A stretch of 63,951 nt of DNA, counting the filler, from Nemertoderma westbladi (Eukaryota; Animalia; Xenacoelomorpha): assembly GCA_032718475.1 (NCBI GenBank). It is 3 parts of 3 records of this genome, joined end to end, with 100 filler letters (N's around TTAATTAATTAA, not from the genome) between each part and the next. Parts side by side here need not be neighbours in the genome. Positions count along the whole stretch, not along the records: positions 41,173 to 63,951 come from JAUCBJ010003979.1; 2 more parts are not named here. One strand, given 5' to 3'. Position numbers and translations under genes: made by a program. The notes beneath the pieces were generated by a model that searched no databases, was not told the DNA's origin, and saw only the letters and a list, made by a program, of their open reading frames with translations. Each line of letters begins with the position of its first letter. Position 1 is the first letter of the stretch. Shown here one piece after another: positions 48,001 through 59,444 of the stretch.

Positions 48001-50320
48001 CACTGTGTGACTAGTTTATTCACTGTGAATCTGGTTCATGCACTTGGATCTAGTTTATGAACTATGGATCTAGTTTATACTATATTGATCTAGTTTATGC
48101 ACTTTGGATCTAGTTTATGCACCATGTGTCTAGTTTATACACTGTGAATCTAGTTTATGCACTATGATCTAGTTTATGAACTATGGATATAGTTTATACT
48201 CTATTGATCTAGTTTATGCACTATGGATCTAGTTTATGGACTGTGTATCTAGTTTATGCACTGTGTGTCTAGTTTATGCACTGGGTGACTAGTTTATGCA
48301 CTATGGATCTAGTTTATGCACTGTGTGTCTAGTTTATGCACTGGGTGACTAGTTTATGCACTGTGTGTCTAGTTTATGCACTGTGTGACTAGTTTATGCA
48401 CTGTGTGTCTAGTTTATGCACTGTGTGTCTAGTTTATCTTTATACACTGTGAATCTAATTTATGCACTAGGATATAGTTTATACTCTATGGATCTAGTTT
48501 ATGGACTGTGTATCTAGTTTATGCACTGTGTGTCTAGTTTATGCACTGTGTGTCTAGTTTATGCACTGTGTGTCTAGTTTATGCACTGGGTGACTAGTTT
48601 ATGCACTGTGTGTCTAGTTTATGCACTGTGTGACTAGTTTATGCACTGTGTGTCTAGTTTATGCACTGTGTGTCTAGTTTATCTTTATACACTGTGAATC
48701 TAGTTTATGCACTAGGATCTAGTTTATGCACTGTGTGTCTAGTTTATGCACTGTATGTCTAGTTTATGCACTGTGTGTCTAGTTTATGCACTAGGATCTA
48801 GTTTATACTATATTGATCTAGTTTATGCACTATGGATCTAGTTTATGCACTGTGTGTCTAGTTTATCTTTATACACTGTGAATCTAGTTTATGCACTAGG
48901 ATCTAGTTTATGCACTGTGTGTCTAGTTTATGCACTGTGTGTCTAGTTTATGCACTGTGTGTCTAGTTTATGCACTAGGATCTAGTTTATACTCTATTGA
49001 TCTAGTTTATGCACTTTGGATCTACTTTATGCACTATGTGTCTAGTTTATGCACTGTGTGACTAGTTTATGCACTGTGTGTCTAGTTTATGCACTGTGTG
49101 TCTAGTTTATCTTTATACACTGTGAATCTAGTTTATGCACTAGGATCTAGTTTATGCACTGTGTGTCTAGTTTATGCACTGTGTGTCTAGTTTATGCACT
49201 AGGATCTAGTTTATACTCTATTGATCTAGTTTATGCACTTTGGATCTACTTTATGCACTATGTGTCTAGTTTATGCACTGGGTGACTAGTTTATGCACTG
49301 TGTGTCTAGTTTATGCACTGTGTGACTAGTTTATGCACTGTGTGTCTAGTTTATGCACTGTGTGTCTAGTTTATCTTTATACACTGTGAATCTAGTTTAT
49401 GCACTAGGATCTAGTTTATGCACTGTGTGTCTAGTTTATGCACTGTGTGTCTAGTTTATGCACTGTGTGTCTAGTTTATGCATTAGGATCTAGTTTATAC
49501 TATATTGATCTAGTTTATGCACTATGGATCTAGTTTATGCACTGTGTGACTAGTTTATGCACTGTGTGACTAGTTTATGCACTGTGTGACTAGTTTGTAC
49601 ACTGTGAATCTAGTTTATGAACTAGGATCTAGTTTATGAACTATGGATATAGTTTATACTCTATTGATCTAGTTTATGCACTATGGATCTAGTTTATGGA
49701 CTGTGTATCTAGTTTATGCACTGTGTGTCTAGTCTATGCACTGTGTGTCTAGTTTATGCACTATGGATCTAGTTTATGCACTGTGTGTCTAGTTTGTGCA
49801 CTGTGTGACTAGTTTATGCACTATGTGACTAGTTTATGCTCTGTGTGACTAGTTTATGCACTGTGTGTCCTGTGTCTAGTTTATGCACTGTGTGTCTAGT
49901 TTATGCATTATGTGACTAGTTTATGCACTGTGTGTCTAGTTTATGCACTGTGTGTCTAGTTTATGCACTGTGTGACTAGTTTATCAACTGTGTGACTAGT
50001 TTATGCACTGTGTGTCTAGTTTATGCACTGTGTGTCTAGTTTATGCACTGTGTGACTAGTTTATCAACTGTGTGTCTAGTTTATGCACTGTGTGTCTAGT
50101 TTGTACACTGTGAATCTAGTTTATGCACTAGGATCTAGTTTATGAACTATGGATTTGATTTATACTATATTGATCTAGTTTATGCACTAGGATCTAGTTT
50201 ATGCACTATGAATCTAGTTTATGCACTGTGTGTCTAGTTTATGCACTATGTGTCATGTTTGTGCACTGTGAATCTAGTTTATAAACTATGGAATGGATCT
50301 AGTTTACGAACTATGGATCT
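42078..50320. repeat. ~20-bp satellite (ctagtttatgcactgtgtgt / ctagtttatgcactatggat)n filling a CAP-gene intron
   Basis: About 6.3 kb of tandem variants with higher-order blocks, split by an RTE insertion. Confidence 0.97.
45418..47375 (+). mobile_element. 5'-truncated RTE-clade LINE (RT) with one frameshift near 46385 and a (TAG)n tail
   Basis: PVPKKG, FRGISL, QNGFRKGR, FVDFFKAFDSV, GVLQGDTLAPFLF, DLDFADD, FCYLGS; GTCTAG on both flanks is TSD-like. Confidence 0.95.
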
Positions 50321-50377
50321 TGTTGACTATCTATGCGTTGCTCTTAGTTGATATTATTTACAATATTATTTCTGCAG

Positions 50378-50527
50378 GAGATCGCCTTGTAGACGAATGG
50401 TACAAAACCTCCAAGAATTACAACTATATAGATCCTTCGAACTACGAAGAAACCGGTCATTTTACTGCCCTAATTTGGGCTGAATCGAAACGTATGGGTG
50501 TTGGCGTAGCTCGACGTCCAAATGGAG
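50378..50527 (+). CDS. CAP/SCP-domain gene, exon B (phase 1-1)
   Basis: DRLVDEWYKTSKNYNY...TGHFTALIWAESKRMGVGVA is the CAP signature; tttctgcag acceptor, GTATGT donor. Confidence 0.92.
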
Positions 50528-50675
50528 GTATGTCAGGGTTACACCACCCCATTACTTATTTATTTTAGATCCTGAATCGACTATTCAGAGTTTATGATTC
50601 CATTAGTCTAGTGTCGTGTCCTCGTACACCTATTAATGTCAATCTAGACGTATTGGAAATAATCAATAATCCTTA

Positions 50676-50955
50676 AGGCCCGTTCACATCCTACGGAACG
50701 GTACACCGCGCGGTGTACCGCAGGGCCAGCGGTACACCGCTGACTGTCAACTACCCAACAGGTAGTTGTGCGCTAAACCGCGCGGTTTACCGCAGCCCAT
50801 TTAAACAATGTTAAAACAATTAATGTAATTTCCTGCCGAATTCACAGTCGACAGATAGACAATCAATCAGTTACCGCCACGGTACCGTTGGGCTTACCGC
50901 TTCAATACCGCCAGACTACTTTACCGCTCACGCACCGTTGGATGTGAACGGGGCT
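50676..50955. mobile_element. PIF/Harbinger-type MITE
   Basis: TIR AGGCCCGTTCACATCC / GGATGTGAACGGGGCT (1 mismatch), flanked by TTA and TAA. Confidence 0.8.
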
Positions 50956-52548
50956 TAAGTAAGTAATTGCAATTCGTAGTTAAATACGAAAATCACAATC
51001 ACAGAAATTTCAAGCGATTTAATTTAGCGATATTGATCGTAGGTTGTTCGCTGTAACTAACCTCGTATGGTATTGTACATGAATTATCGATAAATCTATG
51101 CATAGCGTGTCAGCTGTTTCTATTGTGACCGCAGGGCAGAAAGTTTATTTAGGTTTTTTAATTTAAAAAAAAAACGGTATGTGGGGGCGGGGACATGGGT
51201 CGTGACGTGAATGGCTTTGTAAGAGATTACGGGAGCGTGGGTTGGGGAGTGCTTAACTCATCGTCAGGGGCTTAACATCTGAATCGTGAGTGCCGGTAGA
51301 ACAATAATCGTCAGGTTAAAACCACCTACTTCTAATGCGGATAAAATGTGGCCAAAAACAGGAACATTCGATAGTAAAGATCCTCCTGGATTATGGGGTT
51401 GATAAGGAGTGATTGTAAATTGAACAATTCGATTAGAATGTGGATGTGTATTTGCCATGTGATATAGCGTGTAGATAGCGCTGGTGGCGTGAAGTGTCCT
51501 TGGGGTGATTACAGCCGAGTTGCTATCCTACCTGGGGCCACTTAGTCGCAGTGATGGAGGAGGGCTCTACATCAGGAAGTGCGTCACAATCCTAATGGTA
51601 TAGAGAGTTGGATGCCAGTAATAAAAATAGATAGGTCGGTAGTTCATCACCTAAAAACGTATTTGTTTCGGGGTTTGAGTGTTTGGGTAAGTACTCGATA
51701 AATCTTTCGTTTAATGTGTTAATTTATTTTACTACATGGCGTAATAAAATACCTATAAAGGTGCTCAGAATTAGTCCCTTTGTATGTTATTTGATTGAAA
51801 CTAATTTGTTTTTGATTGCGTTTAAATTGTTTCCTAACCGTAGTATAGTTCGTAGTTTGGTAGTGATCAGATCTCACTCCGTAACAATTAACAGCCAGTT
51901 TATATCTATATACATATGGCACAGAGACTTTCCTATAACTTTATAGTCAGTAGAACATAACAATACATATGTGCATCAAATAATGTGGTGTTTACGACTC
52001 TAGCGAGTTACCAAGGAAACTGAATCCGATCTATGGTTGTTTAGGTCGAACTACGAGGTCGAGCGAACTCGGACAGTGGCAATCCAGTCTTTCTGGTCGT
52101 CCACGGGAACCCCTTTTGCTTATTGCAATAAAACGTTGATCTGGTATGACCTTGTCTTACTTGTCTACCTTGTCTTTCGTGCCCTCTGAATCGTAGATTT
52201 CTTTCACATACAGTATCTGATACAGTTGGTATTAATTGTACCATAAAGCTCGGCGTTTGTCATGTGTTGTCTCCAGCTGATGTTTAGGGCTACCCTTATC
52301 AGTCTTGTATGACAACCACCAATTCGTTGTTCAAGTGATTTCGTCAGTGTCCAGGTCTTACCCCAGTATAAAATTATCATTTAAATGTGACTCGAAAGAA
52401 CTTAGTCTTCAGTTTCATGGAGAGGTCTGATTTCCAGATGGTATCCATTTTTGAGAGAGCTACCCAAGCCTTAGATTTCCTAACTTATATGACTATTTTG
52501 CTGCTCTCAATCCATTACCCAAGGTACCGGAAGTATTCAATCTTCTTT

Positions 52549-53199
52549 AGTGGTCAATTATCGATAGTGGTCAATTATCGATAGTGGCTAATTATCGATA
52601 GTGGTCAATTATCGATAGTGGTCAATTATCGATAGTTGCCAATTATCGATAGTGGCCAATTATCGATAGTGGCCAATTATCGATAGTGTTTTATTATCGA
52701 TAGTGGCCAATTATCGATAGTGGTCAATTATCGATAGTGGTCAATTATCGATAGTGGTCAATTATCGATAGTGGTCAATTATCGATGGTGGTCAATTATC
52801 GATAGTGGTCAATTATCGATAGTGGTCAATTATCGATAGTGGTCAATTATCGATGGTGGTCAATTATCGATAGTGGTCAATTATCGATGGTGGTCAATTA
52901 TCGATAGTGGTCAATTATCGATGGTGGTCAATTATCGATGGTGGCCAATTATCGATAGTGTTTTATTATCGATAGTGGCCAATTATCGATAGTGGTCAAT
53001 TATCGATAGTGGTCAATTATCGATAGTGGTCAATTATCGATAGTGGTCAATTATCGATGGTGGTCAATTATCGATAGTGGTCAATTATCGATAGTGGTCA
53101 ATTATCGATAGTGGTCAATTATCGATGGTGGTCAATTATCGATAGTGGTCAATTATCGATGGTGGCCAGTTATCGATGGTGGTCAATTATCGATGGTGG
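52549..53199. repeat. 17-bp minisatellite (gtggtcaattatcgata)n carrying TATCGATA/G
   Basis: About 38 copies. Confidence 0.96.
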
Positions 53200-53529
53200 A
53201 CAAGATTATGTATATTTGGGTCTAACCTTCTTAGAAGCCATTCCCACTTTGTTCATTAGTTCTCCATAATCTACAGTATTAGAAATAATTTCCACCAATA
53301 GATCCTCGTCTTTTAAACAAGAATAGTTACTTACCTGCAGTTTTCATTCCCAGTCATTTTGTAATGTTACATTTTAGAAAGAAAACTACAATATTCTTGT
53401 TGCTTTACAGTTGGTACTTTACACTTTTCAAATTTTTTTACTCCCTGCGTTCGATTGCGTAAAAAACACTCGGATAAAGAAAGGTCCACGTAGGTGGATT
53501 GGATAGTTAAAGTGAATAGGTGAGATATA

Positions 53530-55269
53530 ATGGATGACTTCAGCGTAAAGAGATTCCTAAACTCGAGTTTGTATCCGAGAGAGGCAAGGCGTTTTCTGGA
53601 TGACGGGTTCGATTCTCTCGATCGCGTTCTGGGGATCACAGCCGAGGATACCATGCGGCATAAAGTGGATGACGAGCGTGGACGACAACTACTGAGCGAG
53701 ATTAGCAAACTAAAAGAGAATCGAGGAGGTTTAAATACGTCGCGGGTGGACGGTTATTGGGATGAGAGGAGATCCCGGGAACGCCGGGTGGATGGGGGGA
53801 GGGGACACGATATATGGGGGGAAAGTAGCCGCGATGGGTGGGGGGCAAAGGGGCGCGATGGGTGGGGGGAAAAGGGGCGCGATGGGTGGGGGGAAAAGGG
53901 ACGCGATGGTTGGGGGGAAAAAGGGCGCGATGGTTGGGGGGAAAAGGGACGCGATGGTTGGGGGGGAAAGGGGAGCGATGGGTGGGGGGAAAAGGGGCGC
54001 GATGGGTGGGGGGAAAAGGGACGCGATGGTTGGGGGGAAAAAGGGCGCGATGGTTGGGGGGAAAAGGGGCGCGATGGGTGGGGGGAAAAGGGACGCGATG
54101 GTTGGGGGGAAAAGGGGCGCGATGGGTGGGGGGAAAAGGGACGCGATGGTTGGGGGGAAAAAGGGCGCGATGGTTGGGGGGAAAAGGGACGCGATGGTTG
54201 GGGGGGAAAGGGGAGCGATGGGTGGGGGGAAAAGGGGCGCGATGGGTGGGGGGAAAAGGGGCGCGATGGGTGGGGGGAAAAGGGGCGCGATGGGTGGGGG
54301 GAAAAGGGACGCGATGGTTGGGGGGATAAAGGGCGCGATGGTTGGGGGGAAAAGGGACGCGATGGTTGGGGGGGAAAGGGGAGCGATGGGTGGGGGGCAA
54401 AGGGGCGCGATGGGTGGGGGGAAAAGGGGCGCGATGGGTGGGGGGAAAAGGGACGCGATGGTTGGGGGGAAAAAGGGCGCGATGGTTGGGGGGAAAAGGG
54501 ACGCGATGGTTGGGGGGGAAAGGGGAGCGATGGTTGGGGGGGAAAGGGGAGCGATGGGTGGGGGGAAAAGGGGCGCGATGGGTGGGGGGGAAAGGGACGC
54601 GATGGTTGGGGGGAAAAAGGGCGCGATGGTTGGGGGGAAAAGGGACGCGATGGTTGGGGGGGAAAGGGGAGCGATGGGTGGGGGGAAAAGGGGCGCGATG
54701 GGTGGGGGGAAAAGGGACGCGATGGTTGGGGGGAAAAAGGGCGCGATGGTTGGGGGGAAAAGGGACGCGATGGTTGGGGGGGAAAGGGGAGCGATGGGTG
54801 GGGGGGAAAGGGGCGCGATGGGTGGGGGGAAAAGGGACGCGATGGTTGGGGGGAAAAAGGGCGCGATGGTTGGGGGGAAAAGGGACGCGATGGTTGGGGG
54901 GGAAAGGGGAGCGATGGTTGGGGGGGAAAGGGGAGCGATGGGTGGGGGGAAAAGGGGCGCGATGGGTGGGGTGAAAAAGGGCGCGATGGTTGGGGGGAAA
55001 AGGGACGCGATAGTTGGGGGGGAAAGGGGAGCGATGGTTGGGGGGGAAAGGGGAGCGATGGGTGGGGGGAAAAGGGGCGCGATGGGTGGGGGGAAAAGGG
55101 ACGCGATGGGTGGGGGGTGACTGAACTTGTTGATTCAACAACGGATCCAGGTAAATGGGGGTCCACCCGAACTCAGTCAGAAAAGAACAAATTACCTCCT
55201 TTTCTGTTAAACGGCGATAGAAGTGATGGTAAGCTGAATAAAACCTTAATTTTAGTGGTATGTGTTTAA
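53530..55269 (+). CDS. SAM-like domain plus 54 (G)RDGWGEK octapeptide repeats; may splice out at 55228
   Basis: N-terminus SVKRFLNS...FLDDGFDSLDRVLGITAED...RQLLSEISKL fits the SAM pattern. The 24-nt repeat (53830-55116) has no indels and its commonest variants are synonymous in this frame. GTAAGC donor at 55229. Confidence 0.7.
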   Translation: MDDFSVKRFLNSSLYPREARRFLDDGFDSLDRVLGITAEDTMRHKVDDERGRQLLSEISKLKENRGGLNTSRVDGYWDERRSRERRVDGGRGHDIWGESSRDGWGAKGRDGWGEKGRDGWGEKGRDGWGEKGRDGWGEKGRDGWGGKGSDGWGEKGRDGWGEKGRDGWGEKGRDGWGEKGRDGWGEKGRDGWGEKGRDGWGEKGRDGWGEKGRDGWGEKGRDGWGGKGSDGWGEKGRDGWGEKGRDGWGEKGRDGWGEKGRDGWGDKGRDGWGEKGRDGWGGKGSDGWGAKGRDGWGEKGRDGWGEKGRDGWGEKGRDGWGEKGRDGWGGKGSDGWGGKGSDGWGEKGRDGWGGKGRDGWGEKGRDGWGEKGRDGWGGKGSDGWGEKGRDGWGEKGRDGWGEKGRDGWGEKGRDGWGGKGSDGWGGKGRDGWGEKGRDGWGEKGRDGWGEKGRDGWGGKGSDGWGGKGSDGWGEKGRDGWGEKGRDGWGEKGRDSWGGKGSDGWGGKGSDGWGEKGRDGWGEKGRDGWGVTELVDSTTDPGKWGSTRTQSEKNKLPPFLLNGDRSDGKLNKTLILVVCV

Positions 55270-55998
55270 CGATATGCGCCCTGTAGGGTAGGTTGTGGGG
55301 CGAGCCACGTAAGTCCAGGTGATCCTTAGCGTAGGGGTATAATTAGTGGACCCGTCTTTGTTTGAACGCTAATAAGTCGGCAAATCTTTGATGAAAAGAT
55401 GGAACCAAACTTGGTATACATTGTAGTCTATTAAAAAGATTAGAAATTCTACAAAGAAACAGACTTCTATAGTTCATTAGTCGACCGCCAGGTCCAGTAG
55501 GTTTACTACTTGTACCTTTACACAAAGCTTGCGTGTGCGCGAAGACTCCACGAACGTGTAAATCAGATGATGAACTGAACGTTTATTTATGGTTTACCCC
55601 CCCCCCCCCCCCCCCCCCTCCCCTCTCCTCCCATCCACCCATGGGATGATGTTGTGGATTAGATGAGTTAGTTGACAACCTGTAATGATATACTTTGAGA
55701 GAAACTCATATCAGGATTACCCTTACATATGCGGTTGAACCCATTTCACTAAATATATTCCATGCAGTACTGCAATAACTACAGCTAAAACCAAACCCAC
55801 CTGATATCTAAATCCCAGGGGCGACAATTGAGGAGTTAAACTGCTTCTACAGGGTAACAGTTTATACGACTGCCTTAGATTTTTTCCCTTGTATTATTTT
55901 ATACTATTTTACAATTTAAGTGGCAGTGGCTTTATACTCGGTTAAACGAAATATTAATATATCCTATATGATTAATTTTGCCGGTATATATTCTCCAG

Positions 55999-56121
55999 GG
56001 ATCGCGGTTGTTACATACTATGATCCCGAAGGTAATAGAAGAGGCCATTTTACTAAGAACGTGTTGGCCCCGAACCAGGACGCATCGACATTCAGACATA
56101 TCGAGCCATCCACCACTACCG
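55999..56121 (+). CDS. CAP/SCP-domain gene, exon C (phase 1-1)
   Basis: IAVVTYYDPEGNRRGHFTKNVLAP matches the GAPR-1 C-terminal VVARYxPxGN...FxxNVLPP; ttctccag acceptor, GTATGT donor. Confidence 0.9.
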
Positions 56122-57174
56122 GTATGTAAAAGGCCTACTTATAAAGTATAATAATAATTCAACGTCATTATCAATAAATTAGATCATACCACTATTTAAT
56201 ATTTAATACACCGTCACTCTACCACGCAACAATTTATATTTTGAAGAAAATCATTACTCATACTCATAACTCATTATATTTTATGTAGAATACGAAATTA
56301 TTTGATCTTCAAAGCATCACATTTCTTATGATGCTTTGGACAAATGCAAATAATTTAAGACAATTTGTTTTGTAACATTTTTTAACATAGGCGTAAAAGA
56401 CAAAAAAAAACTTAAGACAAAAAAAAATAATAACTTAGGCGTTATTCTGAGAAAAATAAAATTAATTTAAATTAATTTAATGAAGTTTGATTGTTTCTTA
56501 TATAACTTATGAGGTATAATGATTTTTTTATAAAAAAAATTACATTTACATTTTTGCATAAAATGATGAGTACGTGTATATGTCAAGTGAGTGGTCATCG
56601 GTTTCTAACTCTAACTGTGTGGTGCAACAGTTTGCACAGCACACTGCACTCTCTGCACTTACAACAGCACAAAGGCTGTATAATGTGAGGGTTCAATGTA
56701 ACTCTGAACTCTACCCATTCTATTAGTATATGCCTAGTAGTATATAGCGCTGGTTCAACCACCCCGGTGACGCGCTTTCTCATTTTTTCCATTTCTGAAC
56801 AACTTATTACAATATCTGACCATAGTGACCCACATATCGATTCTATATTGAATGCCTTTGTTATTGAATGGAAAGCTCTAACACATGGCACCTACCTACT
56901 CCCAATCCCCACTGTGCATACTCGCGGTTCCCTTTATGCTGCTCTAAGTTCAAGTTGCAACTAGATAATCGAAGGAATTTTTTCTAATATCATTCGTTAA
57001 CTAAATATATGCGGCCGTGAGGGATAACATATGTCGTCCCATAATGTATTGATGTTTCCCCGTTAATTCCCTTTGTATCTTTTATGGCTGATTTATTGCA
57101 TTGCCTTTGCCCTTTTTTTGGATCTTTTAAAATGATTAGCCTTAATGTCACAAAATAAATTATTCAATTCAAGA

Positions 57175-58797
57175 ACTGATATTCTCTTACCAACTGAGAT
57201 TCCCTTACCAACTGAGATTCTCTTACCAACTGAGATTCTCTTACCAACTGATATTCCCTTACCAATGAGATTCCCTTACCAACTGAGATTTCCTTACCAA
57301 CTGAGATTCCTTACCAACTGAGATTCCCTTACCAACTGATATTCTCTGCACCAACTGAGATTCCCTTACCAACTGATATTCTCTGCACCAACTGAGATTC
57401 CCTTACCAACTGAGATTCCCTTACCAACTGAGATTGATTCCCTTACCAACTGATATTCTCTGCACCAACTGAGATTCCCTTACCAACTGAGATTCCCTTA
57501 CCAACTGAGATTGATTCCCTTACCAACTGATATTCTCTGCACCAACTGAGATTCCCTTACCAACTGAGATTGATTCCCTTACCAACTGATATTCTCTCCA
57601 CCAACTGAGATTCCCTTGCCAACTGAGATTCCCTTACCAACTGAGATTCCCTTATCAACTGAGATTATCTTACCAACTGAGATTCCCTTACCAACTGAGA
57701 TTATCCAACTGAGATTCCCCTACCAATGAGATTCCCTTACGAACTGAGATTCCCTTACCAACTGAGATTACCTTACCAACTGAGATTCCCTTACCAACTG
57801 ATATTCTCTGCACCAACTGAGATTCCCTTACCAACTGAGATTCCCTTACCAACTGAGATTCCCTTACCAACTGAGATTCTCTTACCAACTGAGATTCTCT
57901 TACCAACTGAGATTCTCTTACCAACTGAGATTCCCTTACCAACTGAGATTCCCTTACCAACTGAGATTCCCTTACCAACTGAGATTCCCTTACCAACTGA
58001 GATTCCCTTACCAACTGATATTCTCTGCACCAACTGAGATTCCCTTACCAACTGAGATTCCCTTACCAACTGAGATTATCTTACCAACTGAGATTCCCTT
58101 ACCAACTGAGATTCCCTTACCAACTGAGATTCTCTTACCAACTGAGATTCCCATACCAACTGACATTCCCTTACCAACTGAGATTCCCTTACCAACTGAG
58201 ATTTCCTTAACAACTGAGATTCCTTTACCAACTGAGATTCCCTTACCAACTGAGATTCCCTTACCAACTGAGATTTCCTTAACAACTGAGATTCCTTTAC
58301 CAACTGAGATGGATTCCCTTACCAACTGAGATTCCCTTACCAACTGAGATTCTCTTACCAACTGAGATTCCCATACCAACTGACATTCCCTTACCAACTG
58401 AGATTCCCTTACCAACTGAGATTTCCTTAACAACTGAGATTCCTTTACCAACTGAGATTCCTTTACCAACTGAGATTCCCTTACCAACTGAGATTCCCTT
58501 ACCAACTGAGATTCCCTTACCAACTGAGATTCCCTTACCAACTGAGATTCCCTTACCAACTGATATTCTCTGCACCAACTGAGATTCCCTTACCAACTGA
58601 GATTCCCTTACCAACTGAGATTATCTTACCAACTGAGATTCCCTTACCAACTGAGATTCCCTTACCAACTGAGATTCCTTTACCAACTGAGATTCCCCTA
58701 CCAACTGAGATTCCTTTACCAACTGAGATTCCCTTACCAACTGAGATTTCCTTAACAACTGAGATTCCCATACCAACTGAGATGGATTCCCTTACCA
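57175..58797. repeat. 18-bp minisatellite (ccaactgagattccctta)n
   Basis: About 85-90 copies with indel variants. Confidence 0.97.
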
Positions 58798-58883
58798 TAC
58801 CAACTCCCTTAATGTTAATTCTCTTAGATCTAATATGAATTATTATTACTCAATGAATAATAATAAGGAAGGAAAATTGTCCT

Positions 58884-58998
58884 TATATATTAGGCCTATG
58901 TATATAGTAGGCCTATGTATATATTAGGCCTATGTATATAGTAGGCCTATGTATATATTAGGCCTATGTATATAGTAGGCCTATGTATATAGTAGGCC
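58884..58998. repeat. 17-bp tandem repeat containing TAGGCCTA
   Basis: tatatagtaggcctatg, about 7 copies. Confidence 0.9.
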
Positions 58999-59444
58999 TA
59001 TGTATTTAGTAGGCCTATACATTTAGGATGTATAATAGCATGTGTGATCTCAATGCATTTTATTAGTAGCAGAATTCTCAAAGGATGGCACGGGAGAGTT
59101 ATGGCATGTAACCTCGAGCTGCGAATATGGTATGCAGAAATACAGTAGAGGGGATCAATATAATTCCCGATTGGGGGGGGGGGGGGGGGGGGGGGGTGCT
59201 CTAAGCGCTATGGCTTGGTCATGTTCTTCACAACCCAAAGGGAGTTGATTGTGAATTTAATTTATAACTATTTCCACATAGTGCCACAGTGAGATCACTT
59301 GATCAGTCATTGTTAGCTGTTATATCTGAGAAACCTCATAGCTTCAGCTCACATTGCTGTAGTAGTGGGAACCTCGTGTAAAGAACAGGGTTTGGATGGT
59401 GAGAGTATTTTATATTGGGAGTTAGTGTGGTGCTCTCTCTGCCT

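Noticed and set aside
51260-52500. Short coding-looking minus-strand ORFs
   Set aside because: No recognisable motif or splice structure; possibly decayed TE sequence.
53830-55116. GWamide neuropeptide precursor reading of the repeat
   Set aside because: No signal peptide and no G-KR/RR dibasic sites after GW.
53702-55166. Antisense and alternative-frame ORFs over the 24-bp repeat
   Set aside because: Shadows of the repeat; synonymous variation and the SAM-like N-terminus favour the 53530 frame.
57688-58798. VRESQL / GKGISV repeat ORFs
   Set aside because: 18-bp minisatellite with many frameshifting indels.
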